NCBI RefSeq assembly: GCF_902713615.1
Contig: NC_052158.1
Coordinates: forward strand, 52,980,823 to 53,044,822
DNA: 64,000 bases
DNA from: Scyliorhinus canicula
Taxonomy: Eukaryota
Direction of reading: 5' to 3'
The notes under the pieces were generated by a model. The model had not been told where the DNA came from and searched no databases. It was given only the letters and a program-made list of their open reading frames with translations. Below are positions 45,801 to 60,800 of the stretch, piece after piece (position 1 is the stretch's first letter; every line of letters starts with the position of its first letter). A program made the position numbers and the translations under genes.

Positions 45801-48800
45801 ACCCCAAACAACACAACACTGAGCCCCTGTAAATAAACCCCAACACAACACAACACCTGTAAATAAACCCCAACACAACACAGAGCCCCTGTAAATAAAC
45901 CCCAACACAACACAAGCACCTGTAAATAAACCCCAACACAACACAGAGCCCCTGTAAATAAACCCCAACACAACACAGAGCCCCTGTAAATAAACCCCAA
46001 CACAACACAGAGCCCCTGTAAATAAACCCCAAAACAACACAACACTGAGCCCCTGTAAATAAACCCCAACACAACACAGAGCGCCAGTAAATAAACCCCA
46101 ACACAACACAGAGCCCCTGTAAATAAACCCCAACACAGAGCCCCTGTAAATAAACCCCAAAACACAGAGCCCCTGTAAATAAACCCCAACACAACACAGA
46201 GCCCCTGTAAATAAACCCCAATACAACACAGAGCCCCTGTAAATAAACCCCAACACAACACAGAGCCCCTGTAAATAAACCCCAACACAACACAGAGCCC
46301 CTGTAAATAAACCCCAACACAACAGAGCCCCTGTAAATAAACCCCAACACAACACAGAGCCCCTGTAAATAAACCCCAACACAGAGCCCCTGTAAATAAA
46401 CCCCAACACAACACAGAGCGCCAGTAAATAAACCCCAACACAACACAGAGTCCCTGTAAATAAACCCCAACACAACACAGAGTCCCTGTAAATAAACCCC
46501 AACACAACACAGAGTCCCTGTAAATAAACCCCAACACAACACAGAGCTCCTGTAAATAAACCCCAACACAACACAGAGCTCCTGTAAATAAACCCCAACA
46601 CAACACAGAGCCCCTGTAAATAAACCCCAACACCGAGCCCCTGTAAATAAACCCCAACACAACACAGAGCCCCTGTAAATAAACCCCAACACAACACAGA
46701 GTCCCTGTAAATAAACCCCAACACCGAGCCCCTGTAAATAAACCCCAACACAACACAGAGCTCCTGTAAATAAACCCCAACACAACACAGAGCCCCTGTA
46801 AATAAACCCCAACACAACACAGAGCCCCTGTAAATAAACCCCAACACAACACAGAGCCCCTGTAAATAAACCCCAACACAACACAGAGCCCCTGTAAATA
46901 AACCCCAACACAACACAGAGCCCCTGTAAATAAACCCCAACACGGAGCCCCTGTAAATAAACCCCAACACAACACAGAGCCCCTGTAAATAAACCCCAAC
47001 ACAGAGCCCCTGTAAATAAACCTCAACACAACACAGAGCTCCTGTAAATAAACCCCAACACAGAGCCCCTGTAAATAAACCTCAACACAACACAGAGCCC
47101 CTGTAAATAAACCCCAACACAACACAGAGCCCCTGTAAATAAACCTCAACACAACACAGAGCCCCTGTAAATAAACCTCAACACAACACAGAGCTCCTGT
47201 AAATAAACCCCAACACAACACAGAGCCCCTGTAAATAAACCTCAACACAACACAGAGCCCCTGTAAATAAACCTCAACACAACACAGAGCTCCTGTAAAT
47301 AAACCCCAACACAGAGCCCCTGTAAATAAACCCCAACACAGAGCCCCTGTAAATAAACCTCAACACAACACAGAGCCCCTGTAAATAAACCCCAACACAG
47401 AGCTCCTGTAAATAAACCCCAACACAGAGCCCCTGTAAATAAACCCCAACACAACACCGAGCCCCTGTAAATAAACCTCAACACAACACAGAGCCCCTGT
47501 AAATAAACCCCAACACAACACAGAGCTCCTGTAAATAAACCCCAACACAACACAGAGCCCCTGTAAATAAACCCCAACACAACACAGAGCCCCTGTAAAT
47601 AAACCCCAACACAACACAGAGCCCCTGTAAATAAACCCCAACACAGAGCCCCTGTAAATAAACCCCAAAACACAGAGCCCCTGTAAATAAACCCCAACAC
47701 AACACAGAGCCCCTGTAAATAAACCCCAATACAACACAGAGCCCCTGTAAATAAACCCCAACACAACACAGAGCTCCTGTAAATAAACCCCAATACAACA
47801 CAGAGCCCCTGTAAATAAACCCCAACACAACACAGAGCCCCTGTAAATAAACCCCAACATAGAGCCCCTGTAAATAAACCTCAACACAACACAGAGCCCC
47901 TGTAAATAAACCTCAACACAACACAGAGCCCCTGTAAATAAACCCCAACACAACACAGAGCCCCTGTAAATAAACCTCAACACAACACAGAGCCCCTGTA
48001 AATAAACCTCAACACAACACAGAGCTCCTGTAAATAAACCCCAACACAACACAGAGCCCCTGTAAATAAACCCCAACACAACACAGAGCCCCTGTAAATA
48101 AACCCCAACACAACACAGAGCCCCTGTAAATAAACCCCAACACAGAGCCCCTGTAAATAAACCTCAACACAACACAGAGCCCCTGTAAATAAACCCCAAC
48201 ACAGAGCCCCTGTAAATAAACCTCAACACAACACAGAGCCCCTGTAAATAAACCTCAACACAACACAGAGCTCCTGTAAATAAACCCCAACACAGAGCCC
48301 CTGTAAATAAACCCCAACACAGAGCCCCTGTAAATAAACCTCAACACAACACAGAGCCCCTGTAAATAAACCCCAACACAGAGCCCCTGTAAATAAACCC
48401 CAACACAACACAGAGCCCCTGTAAATAAACCCCAACACAACACAGAGCTCCTGTAAATAAACCCCAACACAACACAGAGCCCCTGTAAATAAACCCCAAC
48501 ACAACACAGAGCCCCTGTAAATAAACCCCAACACAACACAGAGCCCCTGTAAATAAACCCCAACACAACACAGAGCCCCTGTAAATAAACCCCAACACAA
48601 CACAGAGCCCCTGTAAATAAACCTCAACACAACACAGAGCTCCTGTAAATAAACCTCAACACAACAGAGCCCCTGTAAATAAACCCAACACAAACACAGA
48701 GCCCCTGTAATAAACCCCAACACAACACAGAGCCCCTGTAAATAAACCCCAACAACACACAGAGACCCTGTAAATAAACCCAACACAACAGAGCCCCTGT

Positions 48801-51800
48801 AAATAAACCCAACACAACACAGAGCCCTGTAAATAAACCCCAACACAACACAGAGCCCCTGTAAATAAACCCCAACACAACACAGAGCCCCTGTAAATAA
48901 ACCCCAACAACCTAACCACAGAGCCCCTGTAAATAACCCCAACACAACACAGAGCCCCTGTAATAAACCCCTAACCAACACAGAGCCCCTGTAAATAAAC
49001 CCAACACACACAGAGCCCCTGTAAATAAACCCCAACACAACACAGAGCCCCTGTAATAAACCCCAACACCAACACAGAGCCCTGTAAATAACCCCAACAC
49101 AACACAGAGCCCCTGTAAATAAACCCCAACACAACACAGAGCCCCTGTAAATAAACCCCAACCCAACAGAGCCCCTGTAAATAATCCCCAACACAACACA
49201 GAGCCCCTGTAAATAAACCCCAACACAACACAGAGCCCCTGTAAATAAACCCCAACACAGAGCCACTGTAAATAAACTCTACACAACACAGAGCCCCTGT
49301 AAATAAACCCCAACACAACACAGAGCCCCTGTAAATAAACCCCAACACAACACAGAGCCCCTGTAAATAAACCTCAACACAACACAGAGCCCCTGTAAAT
49401 AAACCCCAACACAACACAGAGCCCCTGTAAATAAACCTCAACACAACACAGAGCCCCTGTAAATAAACCCCAACACAACACAGAGCTCCTGTAAATAAAC
49501 CTCAACACAACACAGAGCCCCTGTAAATAAACCCCAACACAGAGCCCCTGTAAATAAACCCCAACACAGCACAGAGCCCCTGTAAATAAACCCCAACACA
49601 GAGCCCCTGTAAATAAACCCCAACACAACACAGAGCCCCTGTAAATAAACCCCAACACAGCACAGAGCCCCTGTAAATAAACCCCAACACAGAGCCCCTG
49701 TAAATAAACCCCAACACAGAGCCCCTGTAAATAAACCCCAACACAACACAGAGCCCCTGTAAATAAACCCCAACACAACACAGAGCCCCTGTAAATAAAC
49801 CCCAACACAACACAGAGCCCCTGTAAATAAACCCCAACACAACACAGAGCCCCTGTAAATAAACCCCAACACAACACAGAGCCCCTGTAAATAAACCCCA
49901 ACACAACACAGGGCGCCAGTAAATAATCCCCAACACAACACAGAGTCCCTGTAAATAAACCCCAACACAACACAGGGCGCCAGTAAATAATCCCCAACAC
50001 AACACAGAGTCCCCTGTAAATAAACCCCAACACAACACAGAGCCCCTGTAAATAAACCCCAACACAACACAGAGCCCCTGTAAATAAACCCCAACACAAC
50101 ACAGAGCTCCTGTAAATAAACCCCAACCCAACACAGAGCCCCTGTAAATAAACCCCAACCCAACACAGAGCCCCTGTAAATAAACTCCAACACAACACAG
50201 AGCTCCTGTAAATAAACTCTACACAACACAGATCCCCTGTAAATAAACCCCAACACAACACAGAGCCCCTGTAAATAAACCCCAACACAACACAGAGCTC
50301 CTGTAAATAAACCCCAACACAGCACAGAGCCCCTGTAAATAAACCCCAACACAACACAGAGCCCCTGTAAATAAACCCCAACACAACACAACACAGAGCC
50401 CCTGTAAATAAACCTCAACACAACACAGAGTTCCTGTAAATAAACCCTAACACAATAGAGCGCCTGAAAATAAACCCGAACACAACAGAGCCCCTGTAAA
50501 TAAACCCCAACACAACACAACACAGAGCCCCTGTAAATAAACCCCAACACAACACAGAGCCCCTGTAAATAAACCCCAACAGAACACCCCTGTAAATAAA
50601 CCCCAACACTACACAGAGCCCCTGTAAATAATCCCCAACACAGAGCCCCTGTAAATAAACCCCAACACAGAGCCCCTGTAAATAAACCCCAACACAACAC
50701 AGAGCCCCTGTAAATAAACCCCAACACAACACAGCCCAGAGCGCCTGTAAATAAACACCAACACAACACAGAGCCCCTGTACATAAACCCCAACACAACA
50801 CAGAGCCCTGTAAATAAACCCCAACACAACACAGAGCCCTTGTAAATAAACCCCAACACAACACAGAGCCCCTGTAAATAAACCCCAACACAGAGCCCCT
50901 GTAAATAAACCCCAACACAACACAGAGCCCCTGTAAATAAACCCCAACACAACACAGAGCCCCTGTAAATAAACCCCAACACAACACAGAGCCCCTGTAA
51001 ATAAACCCCAACACAACACAGAGCCCCTGTAAATAAACCCCAACCCAACACAGAACCCCTGTAAATAAACCCCAACACAACACAGAGCCCTCTGTAAATA
51101 AACCCAACACAACACAACACAGAGCCCCTGTAAATAAACCCCAACACAACACAGAGCCCCTGTAAATAAACCCCAACACAACACAGAGTCCCTGTAAATA
51201 AACCTCAACACAACACAGAGCCCCTGTAAATAAACCCCGAACACAGAGCTCCTGTAAATAAACCCCGAACACAGAGCCCCTGTAAATAAAGCTCAACACA
51301 ACACAGAGCCCCTGTAAATAAACCCCAACACAACACAGAGCCCCTGTAAATAAACCCCAACACAACACAGAGCCCCTGTAAATAAACCTCAACACAACAC
51401 AGAGCCCCTGTAAATAAACCCCAACACAACACAGAGCCCCTGTAAATAAACCCCAACACAACACAGAGCCCCTGTAAATAAACCTCAACACAACACATTG
51501 CCCCTGTAAATAAAGCTCAACACAACACAGAGCTCCTGTAAATAAACCCCAACACAACAGAGCCCCTGTAAATAAACCCCAACACAACACAGAGCCCCTG
51601 TAAATAAACCCCAACACAACACAGAGCCCCTGTAAATAAACCCCAACACAACACAGAGCCTCTGTAAATAAAACCCAACACAACACAGAGCCCCTGTAAA
51701 TAAACCCAACCAACACAGAGCTCCCTGTAATAAACCCAACACAACAGAGCCCCCTGTAAATAAACCCCAATCTCCAACACAGAGCCCCCTGTAACTATAA

Positions 51801-54800
51801 ATCACAACAACAGAGCCCCTGTAATATAAACCCCAACCAACACAGAGCCCCTGTAAATAAACCCAAACACAACACAGAGCCCTGTAAATAAACCCCAAAC
51901 ACAACACAGAGCCCCCTGTAAATAAACCCAACACAACACAGAGCCCCTGTAAATAAACCCCAACACAACACAGAGCCCCCTGTAAATAAACCCCCAACCC
52001 AACACAGAGCCCCTGTAAATAAACCCCAACACAACACAGAGCCCCTGTAAATAAACCCCAACACAGAGCCCCTGTAAATAAACCCCAACACAGAGCCCCT
52101 GTAAATAAACCCCAACACAACACAGAGCCCCTGTAAATAAACCTCAAAACAACACAGAGCCCCTGTAAATAAACTCCAACACAACACAGAGCCCCTGTAA
52201 ATAAACCCCAACACAACACAGAGCCCCTGTAAATAAACCCCAACACAGAGCCCTTGTAAATAAACCCCAACACAACACAGAGCCCCTGTAAATAAACCCC
52301 AACACAGAGCCCCTGTAAATAACCCCAACACAACACAGAGCCCCTGTAAATAAACCCCAACACAGAGCCCCTGTAAATAAACCCCAACACAACACAGAGC
52401 CCCTGTAAATAAACCCCAACAAAACACCGAGCCCCTGTAAATAAACCCCAACACAGAGCCCCTGTAAATAAACCCCAACACAACACAGAGCCCCTGTAAA
52501 TAAACCCAACACAACACAGAGCCCCTGTAAATAAACCCCAACACAGAGCCCCTGTAAATAAACCCCAACAAACACAGAGCCCCTGTAAATAAACCCAACA
52601 CAGAGACCCGTAAACCAACACAGAGCCCCTGTAAATAAACCCACACAACACAGAGCCCCTGTAAATAAACCCCAACACAACACAGAGCCCCTGTAAATAA
52701 ACCCCAACACAACACCGAGCCCCTGTAAATAAACCCCAACACAGAGCCCCGTAAATAAACCCCAACACAACACAGAGCCCCTGTAAATAAACCCCAACAA
52801 CACAGAGCCCCTGTAAATAAACCCCACCCAACACAGAGCCCCTGTAAATAAACCCCAACACAACACAGAGCCCCTGTAAATAAACCCCAACAACACAGAG
52901 CCCCTGTAAATAAACCCCAACACAACACAGAGCCCCTGTAAATAAACCCCAACACAGAGCCCCTGTAAATAAACCCCAACACAACACAGAGCCCCTGTAA
53001 ATAAACGCCAACACAACACAGAGCCCCTGTAAATAAACCCCAACACAACACAGAGCCCCTGTAAATAAACCCCAACACAACACAGAGCCCCTGTAAATAA
53101 ACCCCAACACAGAGCCCCTGTAAATAAACCCCAACACAGAGCCCCTGTAAATAAACCCTAAAACACAGAGCCCCTGTAAATAAACCCCAACACAACACAG
53201 AGCCCCTGTAAATAAACCCCAACAAAACACTGAGCCCCTGTAAATAAACCCCAACACAACACAGAGCCCCTGTAAATAAACCCCAACAAAACACTGAGCC
53301 CCTGTAAATAAGCCCCAACACAACACAGAGCCCCTGTAAATAATCCCCAACACAACACAGAGCCCCTGTAAATAAACCCCAACACAACACAGAGCCCCTG
53401 TAAATAAACCCCAACACAGAGCCCCTGTAAATAATCCCCAACACAACACAGAGCCACTGTAAATAAACCCCAACATTACACAGAGCCGCTGTAAATAAAC
53501 CCCAACACAACACAGAGCCCCTGTAAATAAACCTCAACACAACACAGAGCCCCTGTAAATAAACCCCAACAAACACAGAGCCCCTGTAAATAAACCCCAA
53601 CATTACACAGAGCCGCTGTAAATAAACCCAACACAACACAGAGCCCCTGTAAATAAACCCCAACACAACACAGAGCCCCTGTAAATAAACCCCAACACAA
53701 CACAGAGCCCCTGTAAATAAACCCCACACAACACAGAGCCCCTGTAAATAAACCCCAACACAACACAGAGCCCCTGTAAATAAACCCCAACACAACACAG
53801 AGCCCCTGTAAATAAACCCCAACACAACACAGAGCCCCTGTAAATAAACCCCAACACAACACAGAGCCCCTGTAAATAAACCCCAACACAACACAGAGCC
53901 CCTGTAAATAAACCCCAACACAACACAGAGCCCCTGTAAATAAACCCCAACACAACACAGAGCCCCTGTAAATAAACCCAACACAACACAGAGCCCCTGT
54001 AAATAAACCCCAACACAACACAGAGCCCCTGTAAATAAACCCCAACACAACACAGAGCCCCTGTAAATAAACCCCAACCCAACACAGAGCCCCTGTAAAT
54101 AAACCCCAACACAACACCGAGCCCCTGAAAATAAACCTCAACACAACACAGAGCCCCTGTAAATAAACCCCAACATTACACAGAGCCGCTGTAAATAAAC
54201 GCCAACACAACACAGAGCCCCTGTAAATAAACCCCAACACAACACAGAGCCCCTGTAAATAAATCCCCAACACAACACAGAGCTCCGGTAAATAAACCCC
54301 AACACAACACAGATCCCCTGTAAATAATCCCCAACACAACACAGAGCCCCTGTAAATAAACCCCAACCCAACACAGAGCCCCTGTAAATAAACCTCAACA
54401 AAACACAGAGCCCCTGTAAATAAACCCCAACACAACACAGAGCCCCTGTAAATAAACCCCAACACAACACAGAGCCCCTGTAAATAAACCCCAACACAAC
54501 ACAGAGCCCCTGTAAATAAACCCCAACACAACACAGAGCCCCTGTAAATAAACCCCAACACAACACAGAGCCCCTGTAAATAAACCCCAACACAACACAG
54601 AGCCCCTGTAAATAAACCCCAACACAACACAGAGCCCCTGTAAATAAACCCCAACACAACACAGAGCCCCTGTAAATAAACCCCAACACAACACAGAGCC
54701 CCTGTAAATAAACCCCAACACAGAGCTCCTGTAAATAAACCCCAACACAACACAGAGCCCCTGTAAATAAACCCCAACACAACACAGAGCCCCTGTAAAT

Positions 54801-57800
54801 AAACCCCAACACAGAGCCCCTGTAAATAAACCCCAACACAGAGCCCCTGTAAATAAACCCCAACACAGAGCTCCTGTAAATAACCCCAACACAACACAGA
54901 GCCCCTGTAAATAAACCCCAACACAACACAGAGCCCCTGTAAATAAACCCCAACACAACACAGAGCCCCTGTAAATAAACCCCAACACAACACAGAGCCC
55001 CTGTAAATAAACCCCAACACAGAGCCCCTGTAAATAAACCCCAACACAACACAGAGCCCCTGTAAATAAACCCCAACACAACACAGAGCCCCTGTAAATA
55101 AAGCTCAACACAACACAGAGCCCCTGTAAATAAACCCCAACACAACACAACACAGAGCCCCTGTAAATAAACCCCAACCACACACACAGATCCCCTGTAA
55201 ATAAACCCCAACACAACACAGCCCAGAGCGCCAGTAATAAACCCCAACACAACACGGAGCCCCTGTAATAAAGCCAACCCAACACAGAGCCCCTGTAAAT
55301 AAACCCCAACACAACACAGAGCCCCTGTAAATAAACCCCACACAACACGAGCCCCTGTGAATAAACCCCAACACAGACCCCCTGTAAATAAACCCCAACA
55401 CAACACAGAGCCCCTGTAAATAAACCCCAACCCACACAGAGCCCCTGTAAATAAACCCCAACACAACCAGAGCCCCTGTAATAACCCCAACACACACCGA
55501 GCCCCTGTAAATAAACCCCACACACAGAGCCCCTGTAAATAAACCCCAACACAACACAGAGCCCCTGTAAATAACCCCCCCAGAGCCCCTGTAAATAAAC
55601 ACCAACCAGAGCCCCTGTAAATAAACCCAACACAACACAGAGCCCCTGTAAATACCCCACCCACACGAGCCCCTTTAAACACCAACACAACAGAGCCCCT
55701 GTAAATAAACCCCAACCAACACAGAGCCCCTGTAAATAACCCAACACAACACAGAGCCCCTGTAAATAAACCCCAACACAACACAGAGTCCCTGTAAATA
55801 AACCCCAACACAGAGCCCCTGTAAATAAACCCCAACACAACACAGAGCCCCTGTAAATAAACCCCAACACAACAGAGCCCCGTAAATAAACCCCAACACA
55901 GAGCCCCTGTAATAAACCTCAACACCACAGAGCCCTGTAAATAAACCCCAACACAACACGAGCCCCTGTAAATAACCCCAACACAACACAGAGCCCCTGT
56001 AAATAAACCTCAACACAACACAGAGCCCCTGTAAATAATCCCCAACACACACACACAGAGCCCCTGTAATAAACCCCAACACACACACAGAGCCCCTGTC
56101 AATAACCCCAACACAACACAGATCCCCTGTAATATCCCCAACACAACACAACAGAGCCCCTGTAAATAACCTCAACACAACACAGAGCCCCTGTAAATAA
56201 CCCCAACACAACACAGAGCTCCGGTAAATAAACCCCAACACAACACAGAGCCCCTGTAAATAAATCCCAACACAACACAGAGCCCCTGTAAATAAACCCC
56301 AACCCAACACAGAGCCCCTGTAAATAAACCCAACAAAACACAGAGCCCCTGTAAATAAACCCCAACACAACACAGAGCCCCTGTAAATAAACCCCAACAC
56401 AACACAGAGCCCCTGTAAATAAACCCAACACAACACAGAGCCCCTGTAAATAAACCCCAACACAACACGAGCCCCTGTAAATAAACCCCACACAACACAG
56501 AGCCCCTGTAAATAAACCCCAACACAAACAGAGCCCCTGTAAATAAACCCCAACACAACACAGAGCCCCTGTAAATAAACCCCAACACAGAGCTCCTGTA
56601 AATAAACCCCAACACAACACAGAGCCCCTGTAAATAAACCCCAACACAACACAGAGCCCCTGTAAATAAACCCCAACACAGAGCCCCTGTAAATAAACCC
56701 CAACACAGAGCCCCTGTAAATAAACCCCAACACAGAGCTCCTGTAAATAAACCCCAACACAACACAGAGCCCCTGTAAATAAACCCCAACACAACACAGA
56801 GCCCCTGTAAATAAACCCCAACACAACACAGAGCCCCTGTAAATAAACCCCAACACAACACAGAGCCCCTGTAAATAAACCCCAACACAGAGCCCCTGTA
56901 AATAAACCCCAACACAACACAGAGCCCCTGTAAATAAACCCCAACACAACACAGAGCCCCTGTAAATAAAGCTCAACACAACACAGAGCCCCTGTAAATA
57001 AACCCCAACACAACACAACACAGAGCCCCTGTAAATAAACCCCAACACAACACAACACAGAGCCCCTGTAAATAAACCCCAACACAACACAGCCCAGAGC
57101 GCCAGTAAATAAACCCCAACACAACACGGAGCCCCTGTAAATAAAGCCCAACCCAACACAGAGCCCCTGTAAATAAACCCCAACACAACACAGAGCCCCT
57201 GTAAATAAACCCCAACACAACACAGAGCCCCTGTGAATAAACCCCAACACAGAGCCCCTGTAAATAAACCCCAACACAACACAGAGCCCCTGTAAATAAA
57301 CCCCAACCCAACACAGAGCCCCTGTAAATAAACCCCAACACAACACAGAGCCCCTGTAAATAAACCCCAACACAACACAGAGCCCCTGTAAATAAACCCC
57401 AACACAACACAGAGCTCCTGTAAATAAACCCCAACACAACACAGAGCCCCTGTAAATAAACCCCAACACAGAGCCCCTGTAAATAAACCCCAACACAGAG
57501 CCCCTGTAAATAAACCTCAACACAACACAGAGCCCCTGTAAATAAACCCCAACCCAACACAGAGCCCCTGTAAATAAACCTCAACACAACACAGAGCCCC
57601 TGTAAATAAACCCCAACCCAACACAGAGCCCCTGTAAATAAACCCCAACACAACACAGAGCCCCTGTAAATAAACCCCAACACAACACAGAGTCCCCTGT
57701 AAATAAACCCCAACACAACACAGAGCCCCTGTAAATAAACCCCAACACAACACAGAGCCCCTGTAAATAAACCCCAACACAACACAGAGCCCCTGTAAAT

Positions 57801-60800
57801 AAACCCCAACACAGAGCCCCTGTAAATAAACCTCAACACAACACAGAGCCCCTGTAAATAAACCCCAACACAACACAGAGCCCCTGTAAATAAACCCCAA
57901 CACAACACAGAGCCCCTGTAAATAAACCTCAACACAACACAGAGCCCCTGTAAATAATCCCCAACACAACACAACACAGAGCCCCTGTAAATAAACCCCA
58001 ACACAACACAACACAGAGCCCCTGTAAATAAACCCCAACACAACACAGAGCCCCTGTAAATAATCCCCAACACAACACAACACAGAGCCCCTGTAAATAA
58101 ACCTCAACACAACACAGAGCCCCTGTAAATAATCCCCAACACAACACAACACAGAGCCCCTGTAAATAAACTCCAACACAACACAGAGCCCCTGTAAATA
58201 AACTCCAACACAACACAGAGCCCCTGTAAATAATCCCCAACACAACACAACACAGAGCCCCTGTAAATAAACCCCAACACAACACAGAGCGCCTGTAAAT
58301 AAACCCCAACACAACACAGAGTCCCTGTAAATAAACCCCAACACAACACAGAGCCCCTGTAAATAAACCCCAACACAGAGCCCCTGTAAATAAACTCCAA
58401 CACAACACAGAGCCCCTGTAAATAAACTCCAACACAACACAGAGCTCCTGTAAATAAACTCCAACACAACACAGAGCTCCTGTAAATAAACTCCAACCCA
58501 ACACAGAGCCCCTGTAAATAAACCCCAACACAACACAGAGCCCCTGTAAATAAACCCCAACACAGAGCCCCTGTAAATAAACTCCAACCCAACACAGAGC
58601 CCCTGTAAATAAACTCCAACACAACACAGAGCCCCTGTAAATAATCCCCAACACAACACAACACAGAGCCCCTGTAAATAAACCCCAACACAACACAGAG
58701 CGCCTGTAAATAAACCCCAACACAACACAGAGTCCCTGTAAATAAACCCCAACACAACACAGAGCCCCTGTAAATAAACCCCAACACAGAGCCCCTGTAA
58801 ATAAACTCCAACACAACACAGAGCCCCTGTAAATAAACTCCAACACAACACAGAGCTCCTGTAAATAAACTCCAACACAACACAGAGCCCCTGTAAATAA
58901 ACTCCAACCCAACACAGAGCCCCTGTAAATAAACCCCAACACAACACAGAGCCCCTGTAAATAAACCCCAACACAGAGCCCCTGTAAATAAACTCCAACC
59001 CAACACAGAGCCCCTGTAAATAAACTCCAACACAACACAGAGCCCCTGTAAATAAACTCCAACACAACACAGAGCTCCTGTAAATAAACTCCAACACAAC
59101 ACAGAGCCCCTGTAAATAAACCCCAACACAACACAGAGCCCCTGTAAATAAACCCCAACACAGAGCCCCTGTAAATAAACCCCAACACAGAGCCCCTGTA
59201 AATAAACCCCAACACAACACAGAGCCCCTGTAAATAAACCCCAACACAGAGTCCCTGTAAATAAACCCCAACACAGAGCCCCTGTAAATAAACTCCAACA
59301 CAACACAGAGCCCCTGTAAATAAGCCCCAACACAACACAGAGCCCCTGTAAATAAACCCCAACCCAACACAGAGCCCCTGTAAATAAACCCCAACACAAC
59401 ACAGAGCCCCTGTAAATAAACCTCAACACAACACAGAGCCCCTGTAAATAAACCCCAACACAACACAGAGCCCCTGTAAATAAACCTCAACACAACACAG
59501 AGCTCCTGTAAATAAACCCCAACACAACACAGAGCCCCTGTAAATAAACCTCAACACAACACAGAGCCCCTGTAAATAAACCCCAACACAACACAGAGCC
59601 CCTGTAAATAAACCCCAACACAGAGCCCCTGTAAATAAACCCCAACACAGAGCCCCTGTAAATAAACCCCAACACAGAGCCCCTGTAAATAAACCCCGAA
59701 CACAACACAGAGCCCCTGTAAATAAACCCCAACACAACACAGAGCCCCTGTAAATAAACCCCAACCCAACACAGAGCTCCTGTAAATAAACCCCAACACA
59801 GAGCCCCTGTAAATAAACCCCAACACAACACAGAGCCCCTGTAAATAAACCCCAACACAACACAGAGCCCCTGTAAATAAACCCCAACCCAACACAGAGC
59901 TCCTGTAAATAAACCTCAACACAACACAGAGCCCCTGTAAATAAACCCCAACCCAACACAGAGCCCCTGTAAATAAACCCCAACACAACACAGAGCCCCT
60001 GTAAATAAACCCCAACACAACACAGAGCCCCTGTAAATAAACCCCAACACAACACAGAGCCCCTGTAAATAAACCCCAACACAACACAGAGCCCCTGTAA
60101 ATAAACCCCAACACAACACAGAGCCCCTGTAAATAAACCCCAACACAACACAGAGCCCCTGTAAATAAACCCCAACACAACACAGAGCCCCTGTAAATAA
60201 ACCCCAACACAGAGCCCCTGTAAATAAACCCCAACACAGAGCCCCTGTAAATAAACCCCAACACAGAGCCCCTGTAAATAAACCCCAACACAGAGCCCCT
60301 GTAAATAAACCCCAACACAACACAGAGCCCCTGTAAATAAACCCCAACACACAGAGCCCCTGTAAATAACCCCAACACAACACAGAGCCCCTGTAAATAA
60401 ACCCCAACACAACACAGAGCCCCTGTAAATAAACCCCAACACAACACAGAGCCCCTGTAAATAAACCCCAACACAACACAGAGCCCCTGTAAATAAACCC
60501 CAACACAACACAGAGCCCCTGTAAATAAACCCCAACACAGAGCCCCTGTAAATAAACCCCAACACAACACAGAGCCCCTGTAAATAAACCCCAACACAAC
60601 ACAGAGCCCCTGTAAATAAACCCCAACACAACACAGAGCCCCTGTAAATAAACCCCAACACAACACAGAGCCCCTGTAAATAAACCCCAACACAACACAG
60701 AGCCCCTGTAAATAACCCCAACACAACACAGAGCCCCTGTAAATAAACCCCAACACAACACAGAGCCCCTGTAAATAAACCCCAACACAGAGCTCCTGTA

